In this document: in pieces, positions 1 through 12,511 of the stretch | How positions within the stretch are numbered: position 1 is the first letter of the stretch | Layout of the letters: each line of letters starts with the position of its first letter | Assembly (NCBI GenBank): GCA_002269645.1 | Contig: NIVC01000365.1 | Span: 496,001-560,000, forward strand | Direction of reading: 5' to 3' | Source: Macrostomum lignano | Lineage: Eukaryota | Length of the DNA: 64,000 nt | Position numbers and translations under genes: made by a program | Notes under the pieces: generated by a model | Told to the model about the DNA's origin: nothing | The model's database searches: none | What the model saw: the letters and a program-made list of their open reading frames with translations, nothing else

Positions 1-165
1 TCCCAACTCCCAAGAGTGATCCCAACTCCCGAGAGTGATCTCATCTCCCGAGAGTGATCCCAACTCCCAAGAGTGATCCCAACTCCCGAGAGTGATCCCA
101 ACTCCCAAGAGTGATCCCATCTCCCAAGAGTGACCCCATCTCCCAAGAGTGATCCCAACTCTGGA
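1..165. repeat. 19-bp minisatellite (GAGTGATCCCAACTCCCAA), intronic, runs off the left edge
   Basis: About 8 tandem copies lying just beyond the minus-strand donor GTGAGT at 184-179. Confidence 0.9.
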
Positions 166-184
166 GGGCGATCCCCCTACTCAC

Positions 185-371
185 GCCTGCCGGATGCTGA
201 TAGGTTCGGTGTCGCCGCCACTCTGCAGGCGGTCCACCAGCACGGAGTTCCGGTTGACCCGGTTGACCGCATTTTCCAGCCCCGGGCTGAGCGCCGCCGA
301 GGCCGCCGCGCGGCGGACACCAGCAGCAGCGACAGCAGACACCGCTGTTGAACAGAAAAGCTGCCAGCCAT
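185..371 (-). CDS. Probable first coding exon of an unidentified gene continuing off the window; possibly secreted
   Basis: Acceptor-like AG at 399-398, ATG at 371 (MAGSFSVQQRCLLSLLLVSAA, signal-like), donor GTGAGT after 185. GC3-rich codon usage switches frame near 305-315, suggesting a 1-nt indel. Confidence 0.4.
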
Positions 372-1040
372 GAGGAAGCGCAGCTGACAGTTCGGTGCTG
401 TTTTGGAGTTGAGTAGCAAGGCGAGATCTCGCTATGGGAATTTGCAGGTTTGAATCAAAGCTTCGATTGGCTTGCGAGAGTTGCTGAGCCAAGTCGGACT
501 GCAGAAGCTCGGGCTGGGCGGCCCTCTGGCAGCTAAATAGCCTGGCGCGGGGGCGCGGGGGCGTCGGCGCCAGATGCCACCAGCTGCTGTCACAAGCACT
601 TCAAAGAGAAAAAACTTTCTCGTTTCGAAAACTTTACCGATCGGATTAAATTTAGGAGCAGAATTAAAATGTGAAAACTGCTGACAGGCAAGTTTCTTGA
701 AGAAATAACAGAGGAGCAACAACTTGAAGCAGATTACAGCAGAAAGCTTGCAACACTTTGGGAGCAAAATCTGAAGTGGGTGCTCAGCTGGACAACCAGA
801 ATATTCTTGTCGAGTGGTCAAAGTCGAACCCGCTTGCTTCCGCAATCCGGAGCTGAAAATCCAGCATTAATCAGCTCTGCCGGGCTCGAGTGGTTTCTGG
901 GACATTCGCTGCCATCAGAAACAATTTTGCTTCTTCAACTGTTGAAGATTAGTGTCCCTAATCCGACCTTGGGAATTGGCGTCACAGAAAAAATAAAATT
1001 TTAGTCCAGGTAAGTTTTTACCTTCATAGCTAGATCTTCA

Positions 1041-1745
1041 GTTTCCACCATCTCTCATTGGATTCTGGCAGTTTCCACCATCTCTCATTGGATTCTGGCA
1101 GTTTCCACCATCTCTAATTGGATTCTGGCAGTTTCCACCATCTCTCATTGGATTCTGGCAGTTTCCACCATCTCTCATTGGATTCTGGCAGTTTCCACCA
1201 TCTCTAATTGGACTCTGGCAGTTATCACCATCTCTAATTGGATTCTGGCAGTTTCCACCATCTCTAATTGGACTCTGGCAGTTTCCACCATCTCTCATTG
1301 GATTCTGGCAGTTTCCACCATCTCTCATTGGATTCTGGCAGTTTCCACCATCTCTAATTGGACTCTGGCAGTTTCACCATCTCTAATTGGATTCTGGCAG
1401 TTTCCACCATCTCTAATTGGACTCTGACAGTTTCCACCATCTCTCATTGGATTCTGGCAGTTTCCACCATCTCTCATTGGATTCTGGCAGTTTCCACCAT
1501 CTCTCATTGGATTCTGGCAGTTTCCACCATCTCTAATTGGACTCTGGCAGTTTCCACCATCTCTCATTGGATTCTGGCAGTTTCCATTGTCCCTCAGTAG
1601 ATTCTGGCAGGTTCCATTGTCCCTCAGTAGATTCTGGTAGTTTCCATTGTCCCTCAGTAAATTCTGGCAGGTTCCGCTGTCTTTAAACAGATTCTGGCAG
1701 TTTCCGCTATCTTCCAACAAATTTCAGCAGTTTCCGCTGCATCAA
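1041..1745. repeat. 30-bp minisatellite (GTTTCCACCATCTCTCATTGGATTCTGGCA) with a degenerating right tail
   Basis: About 18 near-perfect copies to ~1585, then progressively diverged copies. Confidence 0.95.
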
Positions 1746-2012
1746 ATCAAATTCCAGAAGCTTTCGTTAACTTGGCTTCTCTCCCGGCAGCAAGAAGTTT
1801 ACTCTTAAAGCCCTTTCCTATTAAACTGCCATATGCAGTTTAGGAGATTTTCATGTAAATCAGGAAAACACAAGCTGAAAAAACAATGAGATACAGTTTC
1901 TTTTGTAGAGCAGACAAAAAATGCAGTTCATAGACACAAATGTATTTTTTAATTTTCAGATACATAATGGTATTACAACTCAACCAGGCAATATTAAGTA
2001 GGATGCAGCAGT

Positions 2013-4436
2013 TCAAGGAGTCGTCCCAGACTCCGCCGCATCAGTCTTCCCAGCCTCCGCCGCATCAGTCTTCCCAGACTCCGCCGCATCAGTCTTCCCA
2101 GACTCCGCCGCATCAGTCTTCCCAGCCTCCGCCGCATCAGTCTTGCCAGCCTCCGCCGCATCAGTCTTGCCAGCCTCCGCCGCATCAGTCTTCCCAGCCT
2201 CCGCCGCATCAGTCTTGCCAGCCTCCGCCGCATCAGTCTTCCCAGCCTCCGCCGCATCAGTCTTCCCAGACTCTGCCGCATCAGTCGTCCCAGCCTCCGT
2301 GCCCGCGGAGTGCGCGACCACCTCGCTGAGGTTGTACTTGCGGTAGCGGCGAAAGTTGCGCAGCAGGCTGAGGCACGTGACCCGCTGCAGCACGTTGACA
2401 TCGATGACAACGCTGGCGCGGTCGTGGTCAACTGACCAGTCGGGGCTGACAGATTTCACAGCGGTGAAGACCCGGTTGATGACATCCTGACGCTCCAGCT
2501 TGTCGAAGTTGCGCGCCTTGAAGTGTACCGTGAAAGTCGGCTTAGCGGCTGTTGGCCAGAGGGTGGGCGGAGGCGCATCTTATTCGGCTGCGTGGATACA
2601 GAGGACAAGGTGTACTTTAACGTGCGTAACCAATATTTGGATGCCGTCAACCGCGAGCTTCTGAGATTCTCCCACATGAAATTCCCCCATTTTTTAGTTT
2701 TTTTTTTCACGAGAATCGCGATGGGAGAATCTCGGTGTGAGAATCTCTGTGGGAGAATCTCGGTATGAGAATCTCAGTGTGAGAATCTCGGTGGGAGAAT
2801 CTCAGTGTGAGAATCTCGGTGGTAGAATCTGTGGGAGAATCTCAGTGTGAGAATCTCGGTGTGAGAATCTCGGTGTGAGAATCTCTGTGGGAGAATCTCA
2901 GTGGGAGGATCTCTGTGGAGAATCTCGGGGGAGAATCTCAGTGGGAGGATCTCAGTGGGAGGATCTCTGTGGAGAATCTCGGTGTGAGAATCTCAGTGGG
3001 AGGATCTCTGTGGAGAATCTCGGTGGGAGAATCTCAGTGTGAGAATCTCGGTGGGAGAATCTCGGTGTGAGAATCTCTGTGGGAGAATCTCAGTGGGAGG
3101 ATCTCAGTGGGAGGATCTCTGTGGAGAATCTCGGTGGGAGAATCTCAGTGTGAGAATCTCGGTGGGAGAATCTCGGTGGGAGAATCTCTGTGGGAGAATC
3201 TCAGTGGGAGGATCTCTGTGGAGAATCTCGGTGGGAGAATCTCAGTGGGAGGATCTCGGTGGGAGAATCTCGGTGTGAGAATCTCAGTGGGAGGATCTCT
3301 GTGGAGAATCTCGGTGGGAGAATCTCTGTCGGAGAATCTCTGTGGGAGAATCTCAGTGGGAGAATCTCAGTGTGAGAATCTCGGTGGGAGAATCTCGGTG
3401 TGAGAATCTCAGTGGATGAATCTCTGTGGGAAAATCTCTGTGGATGAATCTCGGTGGGAGAATCTCAGTAGGAGAATCTGGGTGGGAGAAGTTCCTGGGG
3501 GAAATCTCGTGCTCGTGACTACCAAAAAAGCGGGCCAGCTTACCTGTGACTCGATCAGCAGCCACGAAGGCGGTCCACAGCGACTCGAAGGCCTCGCCGA
3601 TGTCCTGCAGGCCGGAGGCGCAGGTGGCCTCCACCGGCAGCAGCCGCAGGATATGGCGGCCGCCGACGCCGCGACTGCCGTCGCCTCGGGCGGCCGCCGC
3701 CACAGCCGCTTCAAAGACAGCGTCGGTGACATCGAAGAGCCACGGCAGGCGCGAGTCCGGCAGCGAGACACCGACGAATACGCAGTTCGGCACCTGCGCG
3801 AATTAGCCGGCGGCGTGAGGTCAGCGATATGTATCGAAAACTATCATGAGCAGGCGGTGGGAGTTAGGGGTGGAAGGTCGCGGCCTGGGACGGTTTGCAG
3901 GGGGGGGGGTGGAGCTGTGTGCACTGCCACAAGCTGACCAGAGGCAGGGAGGGGAAGAGCAGTCATGCCCAAGTCCGCTGACTCCAGATTTCTAGGCTCG
4001 GCGTTGACTATTAGAAAGTCCGCGGCAGGAGGCAGAATTGCCTCAGCGCCAGCAGTGAGTCTCACTCGGCGTCAACACTCGCCTTAGTCGGCAGGTGCTC
4101 GCACGGCTGCACAGCGGCCGCCCGGAGGCCCAGCCCGCCGCCGCGAGCCCGCTCCCGCTCCAGGCACTGCTGGATGTCATCCTCAGCGTTGTCGCCATCA
4201 TCAGCATCTTCCTCGGCGCCTTCGTTGTCTTCAGCTGGATCGTCAGGCAGGAAAGTGTCCAGCAGGTCGAGGGCCTCGCCGACGCACTCGCGCTCCCGCT
4301 TGTTGCAGGTGACCAGCAGGCCGCGCCAGCCGGCGGTCAGCAGCTGCTGGCGGCCGCCCCGCGGCCTCTTGGCGGCTAGAGCGGCCTGCCGGCGGTAGGC
4401 GGCCTTCCGCTTGCGCTTGTCCAGCTGGCGGCCCGA
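2013..4436 (-). CDS. THUMPD1: THUMP domain-containing protein 1 (tRNA acetylation adaptor); start-codon exon not located
   Basis: Exons 4436-4083, 3793-3544 and 2548-2013 are phase-compatible (GC donor at 4082-4081, GTAAG donor at 3543). Motifs KRKRKAAY..GLLVTCNKRERECVGEA, ILRLLPVEATC, TFTVHFKARN and RKYNLSEVV match THUMPD1/Tan1. Confidence 0.85.
2030..2295 (-). repeat. 24-bp coding minisatellite giving ~11 x TDAAE(A/S)GK at the THUMPD1 C-terminus
   Basis: In frame between RKYNLSEVV and the stop at 2013, with no intervening donor seen. Confidence 0.8.
2725..3500. repeat. 14-bp minisatellite (GAGAATCTCGGTGG family) in a THUMPD1 intron
   Basis: About 50 variant copies between exons. Confidence 0.95.
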
Positions 4437-4611
4437 CTGAATCGCAATCGCGGAGGGGCGGTGGGAGATTGCATGCCTGTATTGCTACTAATTTAAGTAG
4501 GCTATCTCGGTTTTCTGTTCACTTGCGAAAAACAGCAAGGATTTGCGCTCGCTGGGCCACTGCATGGCCGGTTTGTAGTTAATTGCATTGTAGATTTTTA
4601 TTAACATCAAC

Positions 4612-5460
4612 TGGATTGGTTTCCCTAATGGTCATAGATTGGTTTCCCTAATGGTCATGGGTGATTGGTTTCCCTAATGGTCATGGGTGATTGGTTTCCC
4701 TAATGGTCATAGATTGGTTTCCCTAATGGTCATAGATTGGTTTCCCTAATGGTCATGGGTGATTGGTTTCCCTAATGGTCATAGATTGGTTTCCCTAATG
4801 GTCATGGGTGATTCATTTCCCTAATGGTCATGGAAGATTGGTTTCCCTAATGGTCATAGATTGGTTTCCCTAATGGTCATGGGTGATTGGTTTCCCTAAT
4901 GGTCATAGATTGGTTTCCCTAATGGTCATGGGTGATTCATTTCCCTAATGGTCATGGAAGATTGGTTTCCCTAATGGTCATGGGTGATTGGTTTCCCTAA
5001 TGGTCATGGGTGATTGGTTTCCCTAATGGTCATGGGTGATTGGTTTCCCTAATGGTCATGGGTGATTGGTTTCCCTAATGGTCATAGATTGGTTTCCCTA
5101 ATGGTCATAGATTGGTTTCCCTAATGGTCATGGGTGATTGGTTTCCCTAATGGTCATAGATTTGTTTCCCTAATGGTCATGGGTGATTGGTGTCCCTAAT
5201 GGTCATGGATGATTGGTTTCCCTAATGGTCATGGGTGATTGATTTCCCTAATGGTCATGGGTGATTGATTTCCCTAATGGTCATGGGTGATTGGTTTCCC
5301 TATTGGTCATGGGTGATTGGTTTCCCTAATGGTCATGGGTGATTGGTTTCCCTAATGGTCATAGATTGGTTTCCCTATTGGTCATGGGTGATTGGTTTCC
5401 CTAATGGTCATAGATTGGTTTCCATAATGGTCATGGGTGATTGGTTTCCCTAATGGTCAT
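4612..5460. repeat. 23/26-bp minisatellite (GATTGGTTTCCCTAATGGTCAT[A/GGGT])
   Basis: About 33 copies of two interspersed length variants. Confidence 0.95.
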
Positions 5461-5855
5461 GCCTGAACGGAAGTGATCATGACTTACTGGTTTCCCGAAC
5501 GGGATGAGGACAAAAATAGTCGGTTTAATTGGCCTAAATTCAATTCTAAAGCAGGTCAAGTCTGTAAAAGACGCAAATCACAACAGACCAGATTTACAAC
5601 AAACAGCAAGCCTAAAAGCGGCCTGGCAATTCCACCGGACAAGAATTCAAATTTCGAAAGGCGCCATACTGACGGGCCGCCAGCAACTGTAACTTTATTA
5701 CGGCTGACACGATTGAAGCAACATAGAAAACATTAACTGACACGAATTCGCATGCAGACGCGATTTCAGTAGAAAATAATTGGCTGAATAGAAAATAAAC
5801 CACAGAGGTGGTCTTGAATAAACTAAGACTCCAAACACTCCAGCGGCCCTGCAGT

Positions 5856-7983
5856 TCAAAGTCCCGGATCGCCCGCGCCTCGCTTGCTCTGCGACTCCGA
5901 GAACGCCTTGGCGATGGTCCGCTTCATCTCGTCGTCGCCCTCCTCGTACATCTGGCGCATCAGCCCCATCATGCTGGCGCTGGGGTCCTCGTCAGCGCCC
6001 GGCGCCTTCTTGCTGCTGGCCGCCTTCTTGGCTTCGCTGGCCCGCCGCTCGTGCTCGGTGACGAATTCCCACCTGCAGTGCGAAATGGGGGAAGCTCACC
6101 TGACTGCCTGACTGCATATGGTCATGGCCCTCTGCCTGAGTGCATATGGTCATGGCCCTCTGCCTGACTGCATATGGTCATGGCCCTCTGCCTGAGTGCA
6201 TATGGTCATGGCCCTCTGCCTGAGTGCATATGGTCATGGCCCTCTGCCTGAGTGCATATGGTCATGGCCCTCTGCCTGACTGCATATGGTCATGGCCCTC
6301 TGCCTGAGTGCATATGGTCATGGCTCTCTGCCTGAGTGCATATGGTCATGGCCCTCTGCCTGACTGCATATGGTCATGGCCCTCTGCCTGACTGCATATG
6401 GTCATGGCCCTCTGCCTGACTGCATATGGTCATGGCCCTCTGCCTGAGTGCATATGGTCATGGCCCTCTGCCTAACTGCATATGGTCATGGCCCTCTGCC
6501 TGACTGCATATGGTCATGGCCCTCTGCCTAACTGCATATGGTCATGGCCCTCTGCCTAACTGCATATGGTCATGGCCCTCTGCCTGAGTGCATATGGTCA
6601 TGGCCCTCTGCCTAACTGCATATGGTCATGGCCCTCTGCCTAACTGCATATGGTCATGGCCCTCTGCCTAACTGCATATGGTCATGGCCCTCTGCCTAAC
6701 TGCATATGGTCATGGCCCTCTGCCTGACTGCATATGGTCATGGCCCTCTTCTACCTGACTGCATATGGTCATGGCCCTCTGCCTGAGTGCATATGGTCAT
6801 GGCCCTCTGCCTGACTGCATATGGTCATGGCCCTCTGCCTGAGTGCATATGGTCATGGCCCTCTGCCTGACTGCATATGGTCATGGCCCTCTGCCTGACT
6901 GCATATGGTCATGGCCCTCTGCCTGACTGCATATGGTCATGGCCCTCTGCCTGACTGCATATGGTCATGGCCCTCTGCCTGACTGCATATGGTCATGGCC
7001 CTCTGCCTGACTGCATATGGTCATGGCCCTCTTCTACCTGACTGCATATGGTCATGGCCCTCTGCCTGAGTGCATATGGTCATGGCCCTCTTCTACCTGA
7101 GTGCATATGGTCATGACCCTCTGCCTGACTGCATATGGTCATGGCCCTCTTCTACCTGACTGCATATGGTCATGGCCCTCTGCCTGAGTGCATATGGTCA
7201 TGGCCCTCTGCCTGACTGCATATGGTCATGGCCCTCTGCCTGACTGCATATGGTCATGGCCCTCTGCCTGACTGCATATGGTCATGGCCCTCTTCTACCT
7301 GAGTGCATATGGTCATGGCCCTCTTCTACCTGAGTGCATATGGTCATGGCCCTCTTCTACCTGAGTGCATATGGTCATGGCCCTCTTCTACCTGAGTGCA
7401 TATGGTCATGGCCCTCTTCTACCTGAGTGCATATGGTCATGGCCCTTTTCTACCCGAGTTTATGTCCCACAGCCAAGCAAGCATGGACCCACCTGTTGCA
7501 GGCGGCCTTCCGCAGGCTCAGAAGCACCTGATCGGACTTGACCTTGAACGAGCAGCTGTCCGGCAGGATGCGGTCGTACAGGCGGGGAATTCGCAGCTCC
7601 CTGTCGCGACCGTTCAGGCCGCGAACCCGCAGCAGCACGGAGTTCTCGGTGAACTCGGCCGTCACGGCGTCCTTGCCGAGGCTGCCCACCCCGGACAGGC
7701 CCTCGGACACGTAGAGCTTGCAGAATTTGTCCGAGTCGTCCCAGGCGTAGGTTTTGATCTCGGTGGTGAAGGACCTGTCCGACTGGCTGGCGGCCGAGCC
7801 GGCCGACTTGCCCGCTGGCTGGTCGCCGCCGGCGGCCTCTGCGGCAGCGGCCAAGTCCGTCTCAATGCGGCGAATCTGCAGGTCCAGCAGGTCCTGCACC
7901 CGCGGCCGCTGGCTGCTGGCGCGAAGTTCGCGCAGCTCCTGAAGGTCGAGCCTCTGATTTTCCAATGCAGCGGCTGATGACAT
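5856..7983 (-). CDS. CACYBP: Calcyclin-binding protein / Siah-interacting protein (SIP)
   Basis: Exons 7983-7493 and 6072-5856 join in phase 2. N-terminal helical hairpin (DLQELRELR..RPRVQDLL), CS domain (YAWDDSDKFCKLYV) and SGS domain (DPSASMMGLMRQMYEEGDDEMKRTIAKAFSES). Confidence 0.93.
6105..7455. repeat. 28-bp minisatellite (TGCATATGGTCATGGCCCTCTGCCTGAC; 31-bp variant) filling the CACYBP intron
   Basis: About 47 copies occupy nearly the whole 6073-7492 intron. Confidence 0.95.
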
Positions 7984-8799
7984 GGCGGCTGAGCTGTTTG
8001 GTCTGCAGTGGCCAGATAAGTTTAGTCTAACAGTTTGCTCAATACAATACTACACTGATCTAGGTATTTGAGCATCTTATACCTAATAACATTCATACAC
8101 TAAAAATGACATACATATAACCGATTGTACAACCCTCTGAGATTCTATATGAACTTTGGTTTGTTCAAGCCTTAAAACCAAAGTTAAATGCAAATTATAC
8201 TTTTGCAAAGCAGTTTTTAAGAGAACACTTTTTAATTTTGGAATTCAGAGTTTTATCAATATTATTTTTCCTGTACTGTTGTAATCTTTTTGAATATTAA
8301 AGAAAATTTTCAAAATAACTACACCAAAGGTCAGCAACCTTCTCCACTTGACGGCCAGATGAGGTTTTCAGTTCAAGTACATGGGCCACAGGTCGCCCCT
8401 ATTACCCCGCCCCTCCCTGGGTCTTTACCCTCCAAAATCCCCCATGGGTCTCTGGTTGCACCACTGATGCACTAAAATATAATTTGATGCTGAAGACACA
8501 GAATTAAAAACAAGTTTATAATAATTTGATGCATTCTTAGAAAGTTTGATTCTATTGCACAGTCAGCCCAATCAATGCACTAAATTTGTATCCCCATTGT
8601 TGGCTAGCTACCACCTCACTTTCCTTTGCTGCCAGTTACCCTATTTCTATTCTATTCAAAATTTTGAACTGATATGCTGTCTTTCTTTGAAAACTTTAAA
8701 AACAGACTTTGTAAACAGCCACTCAGACTTAGTCTGTGTCTCATTACAAATTTATAATTAAAATTGACAATTGGGCAGAGAGAAATTCCTTATTTTCAA

Positions 8800-8943
8800 T
8801 GCACAAAACTTTTATGGGCCAAAAAATGAAGTTGATTACAATGGTGCAGGCCAGATTATAATAATAAAGATAGAAGAAGTTTGTAGGCCGCATAGAAAGT
8901 CTGCGGGCCAGATCTGGCCATGGCCAAAGGTTGCCAACCCTTG
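8800..8943. mobile_element. Decayed end of a hAT/Charlie-like non-autonomous element
   Basis: GCGGGCCAGATCTGGCC...GGTTGCCAACCCTTG resembles Charlie-type ends; a similar left end (CAGGGGTCGG...GGGCCGG..GGCCGCATGTGGCCCG) lies at ~38505-38740. Confidence 0.4.
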
Positions 8944-9492
8944 AACTACACAATACCCATATAGCTTATTTATAGTAATATCAAAAGAATATTGCTTAAA
9001 ATTATATTTTAGCTCATATAATTTAAATAAACCTATAGTGGGATAAAATGAATACAAATCCTAAAACAAGAGTTCCAGGCACATATAAATGAATAAATAT
9101 AATTTTAAAAGACAAAAATAGACTCTTATAGCCATTATAATTCTAAAGTCCAAAAATGAAAACTTTATAAATAATAAACCTATCCACAAAAGCCAGATTG
9201 ATTTTTATTGGAAATAGCAACAACTAATGACATCAAATATACTTTTATAAATTTAAAGTTCTATTATATTAAAATTTATTTCTATATCCATAGCTGTAGC
9301 CATATCTTAAATTTTTCCTGTAGCCTATCTATATCTATAATTAGTGAATTTTCTATTTCTTATTCTTGCCAAGTGCCACTGGCTAGTAGTGCACTAACTA
9401 TAACAAGAAAGTTATATCATAGATGGGTCATTAGGACCTCTTGCTGCTAGCTATTATAGTTGCAAAAATGCAACATTGAAAAGTGTTTTGTA

Positions 9493-10456
9493 CGAGGGGT
9501 GTCCAAAAAGTAGTGATACTTTTAACTGTTGCTCTTATTCTATACCTTCCTGTGATTTAAAATTTTATGAACTGATAGCGGAAAATCTCTTCTACAGACT
9601 GCTTTTTGAATTTTTAAAATTGATACCAGAGAACAAAAGTTATACCCACGAAAGTAGCAGTACCCGCACCATAGAGTTACACAAATTATAGGCTGAGCTT
9701 CACGAGATCCATGCCGAGGAAGCTTCGATGAATTGTTGATTTTGTCTTGTCCAACCTGTCAGCGATCTCTCTAATGGTCAAGAAGATCCAGAATGGAGTT
9801 CGCTAGTACATCAGGTCGATGAACGTATGGCCGCCCCATCCAATGCTGATCTGCCAAGTCAGTCCTTCCCTCGCTGAACTGCTCCATCCATCGATAAACT
9901 GTCATTTTGCTGACCGCAGAGGATCCGTGCGCAGAGCAAAGTTTTGCGTGAATTTCTGAGGCACCATGGCCAGCGCCCCAAAGAGTGAAGATGGTACTTT
10001 GCTGAGCAACAACTGAGTGCACATCCTTGTGTGTTGTTGAGTATGGGCAATGAAATCATAAACAAATCGCAAAATGCAAGCTCCTCTGTTTGCTTTATTT
10101 AATGCTTTATTTTTCTGCACCTGATCCCGTCCATAGATAAATTTCAGTCAGTCACAGTGAGCATCATTTTGCAATTGGGGTTTGGTATTGCTTTAACAAG
10201 ACATTTATCGATGCCTTCTTAATGAATGAGTGCAGAAGTCGACTATTATAAATTTTGATATAATTTGTGTAACTCTATGGTACAGGTACTGTTACTTTCG
10301 TGGGTATAACTTTTGTTCTCTAGTATCAATTTTAAAAATTTAAAAAGCAGTCTGTAGAAGAGATTTTCCGCTATCAGTTCATAAAATTTTAAATCACAGG
10401 AAGGTATAGAATGAGAGCTACGGTTAAAAGTATCACTACTTTTTGGACACCCCTCG
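9493..10456 (-). mobile_element. Internally deleted Tc1/mariner element with 198-bp TIRs
   Basis: TA at both flanks (9491-92, 10457-58). TIRs 9493-9690 and 10259-10456 start CGAGGGGTGTCCAAAAAG. Internal ORF 10022-9771 encodes a mariner N-terminal HTH (ASEIHAKLCSAHG..VSKMTVYRWMEQFSEGRTDLAD). Confidence 0.9.
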
Positions 10457-10934
10457 TAGGTAATTTAGAACATATCTGATGTTCAATACCCATTAACTTG
10501 ATTGTCTTTTTCAATATTTTCTTTCTTTTTTTCTTTCTTTCCTTTCTCAGTTCTCTCTATGTCTTTCTTTTCTTTTCTTTTACCACTTTTCTTTCTTTTC
10601 TTTTTCTCCTTTCTTTTTTGCTTTTCTTCTCTCTTTTTCTTTCCTTTTGGCCCTCTCTTTTTATGTTTAAGTAACCAATAAAATAACAAAATCTTCTATG
10701 TTTAATAAGATCTTTTGTAAGAGTTATGGTCTACTTATAAATGTGTTCTTAAGAATATAGAATAGGCCCATCAAAAGCATTGAATTATTTTCAATATAGC
10801 CTCTTTAGTAGTAGTAAATACTAGGCAGCCTCTTTATTGGTATTATTTATCTTAATTTATGCCTCTTACTATCCCAATGTGCATGCATTATCAAAATTTC
10901 TACTGTTTAGATCCTTATCCTATGGACTTGAGAG

Positions 10935-11463
10935 TAGGGATTGCAATCCTAGGATCCCAGGATCCTGAAATCCTGGGATTGGGCCTAAATTTGGGACTCT
11001 AAATCCCAGGACAATTTTTGCTAATATTTTTACAAAAAATGCTATAATATAAACATAATTAGGCCCACAACTAGTTTATTATACTGTGCTAATTTCCATT
11101 AATTGCCTCACGTCATGTGGCACCTTTTTAAACCCCACATCACAGATTCAAATATGAAATTAATTCCCATTTAAATTTTGATATGATTTGCTTCTTTACT
11201 AATTAGTATATTTATACTATTTACTTTAATAGGTCACAAGACAATGCTGTTTTTCATTTACAAATAGATCATTAGGCCTATCTCTATAGTCTAATAATAA
11301 AAAAGTAAGCAAAAAAGCAATAAGCACATATTTTGCCTTAAAATTTCAACCTGGAAGCATAAAAATCTGTATTATTCTGATCCCGGGATTCAATCCTAGG
11401 ATTGGCCAAATCTGGGATTAAATCCCAGGATCACAAAAATCTGGGATATTGCAGCAATCCCTA
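10935..11463. mobile_element. hAT-type MITE, older copy (TIR TAGGGATTGC)
   Basis: Inverted ends with an 8-bp TSD CTTGAGAG/CTTAAGAG (1 mismatch); same family as 54701-55605. Confidence 0.8.
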
Positions 11464-12253
11464 CTTAAGAGCTCCTTTGCATTTGAAAATGAAAATATTT
11501 ATCTCAATTTTAGCCCTATTAGGCCTACCCTAATTATTATAATATGGATATGGAAAATTCTTTATTGCTTGAGTTCCTATTCTTGGGGACTTAAGAGCTT
11601 ATTGGAACTGCTCTTCTGTTTCAAATAAGGGGGCTACACTAATCTATTATGCTATAGCCTACAACCTACAAGGCAAATAAATATAGCAATAGACCTAGGT
11701 AGGCTAGCTAACAAAATCTTATAAAAGCTTTGAAATTTAAAACATTCATATATTTCAAAAGCATTTTTACTGATCTACCCCTACATATCAAAGCAATGGC
11801 TTCAATGGTAATTGGTATTTGATGTCTTAAGTCTTCAAGTTATTGAGTGATCTAGATATAAGAGCTTAGTGAGGTATTTTAGTATTTAGGCCTATAAAAA
11901 TTGTTCTTATAGGCCTAGGCCTAACCATATTTATATCTATATGATCTGTCTAAAAACCTTTATATCCATGGCTTCTTATTGCCATATCATAGCAGACTAG
12001 TGGAACTTTAATTGAATTTAAAGATAAAATTGCAACATAGTGCCTTAGTGGGCCTACATTAATTAGCTACAAAAATATTGAAAAATACTGAAAAATCTGA
12101 AAAAATGAAAAACTTAACCCAGGCCGACTCCATAAAAGTCTGAAAGGCTTGAAAACATAAAAAGTTAATTATGTCACCCACGTGGTTTCCCTAGTGTACC
12201 TATTACGCAAATGATAAACCAAGACCACTCCACACCCACCAACCCCATTCCTT

Positions 12254-12511
12254 GGGCCTTTTCATATTACCAATTCCAGAACCAGAATCGGTTCGGAATT
12301 CCAAGAAAAACAGCAGTATAACCATTAAACTCTGTTAATATTTGACTGCCTTAACAACCTAACTTGGCACAATTTTTCACTTTCTTCTTGGCGATTTTCG
12401 TTCAATAATAAAAACTTTTAGCACGTATCTCCCTCTAGTTATGGAGACAAAAAGTTATACTTCACAAATTGGTTCTGGTTCTGGAACCAGACAAGCAATA
12501 TGAAAAGGCCC
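12254..12511. mobile_element. MITE with TIR GGGCCTTTTCATATT and 3-bp flanking duplication CTT (PIF/Harbinger-like, uncertain)
   Basis: Inverted ends GGGCCTTTTCATATT / AATATGAAAAGGCCC plus inverted subterminal CCAGAACCA motifs. Confidence 0.65.

Noticed and set aside
181-492. ETHE1-like similarity (GDTEPISIRQ vs GAPILLRQ)
   Set aside because: Too short, and the next residue does not fit; the downstream exons are outside the window
10483-10689. Lys/Arg-rich ORF
   Set aside because: It is a translation of a low-complexity T/C tract with no splice or homology support
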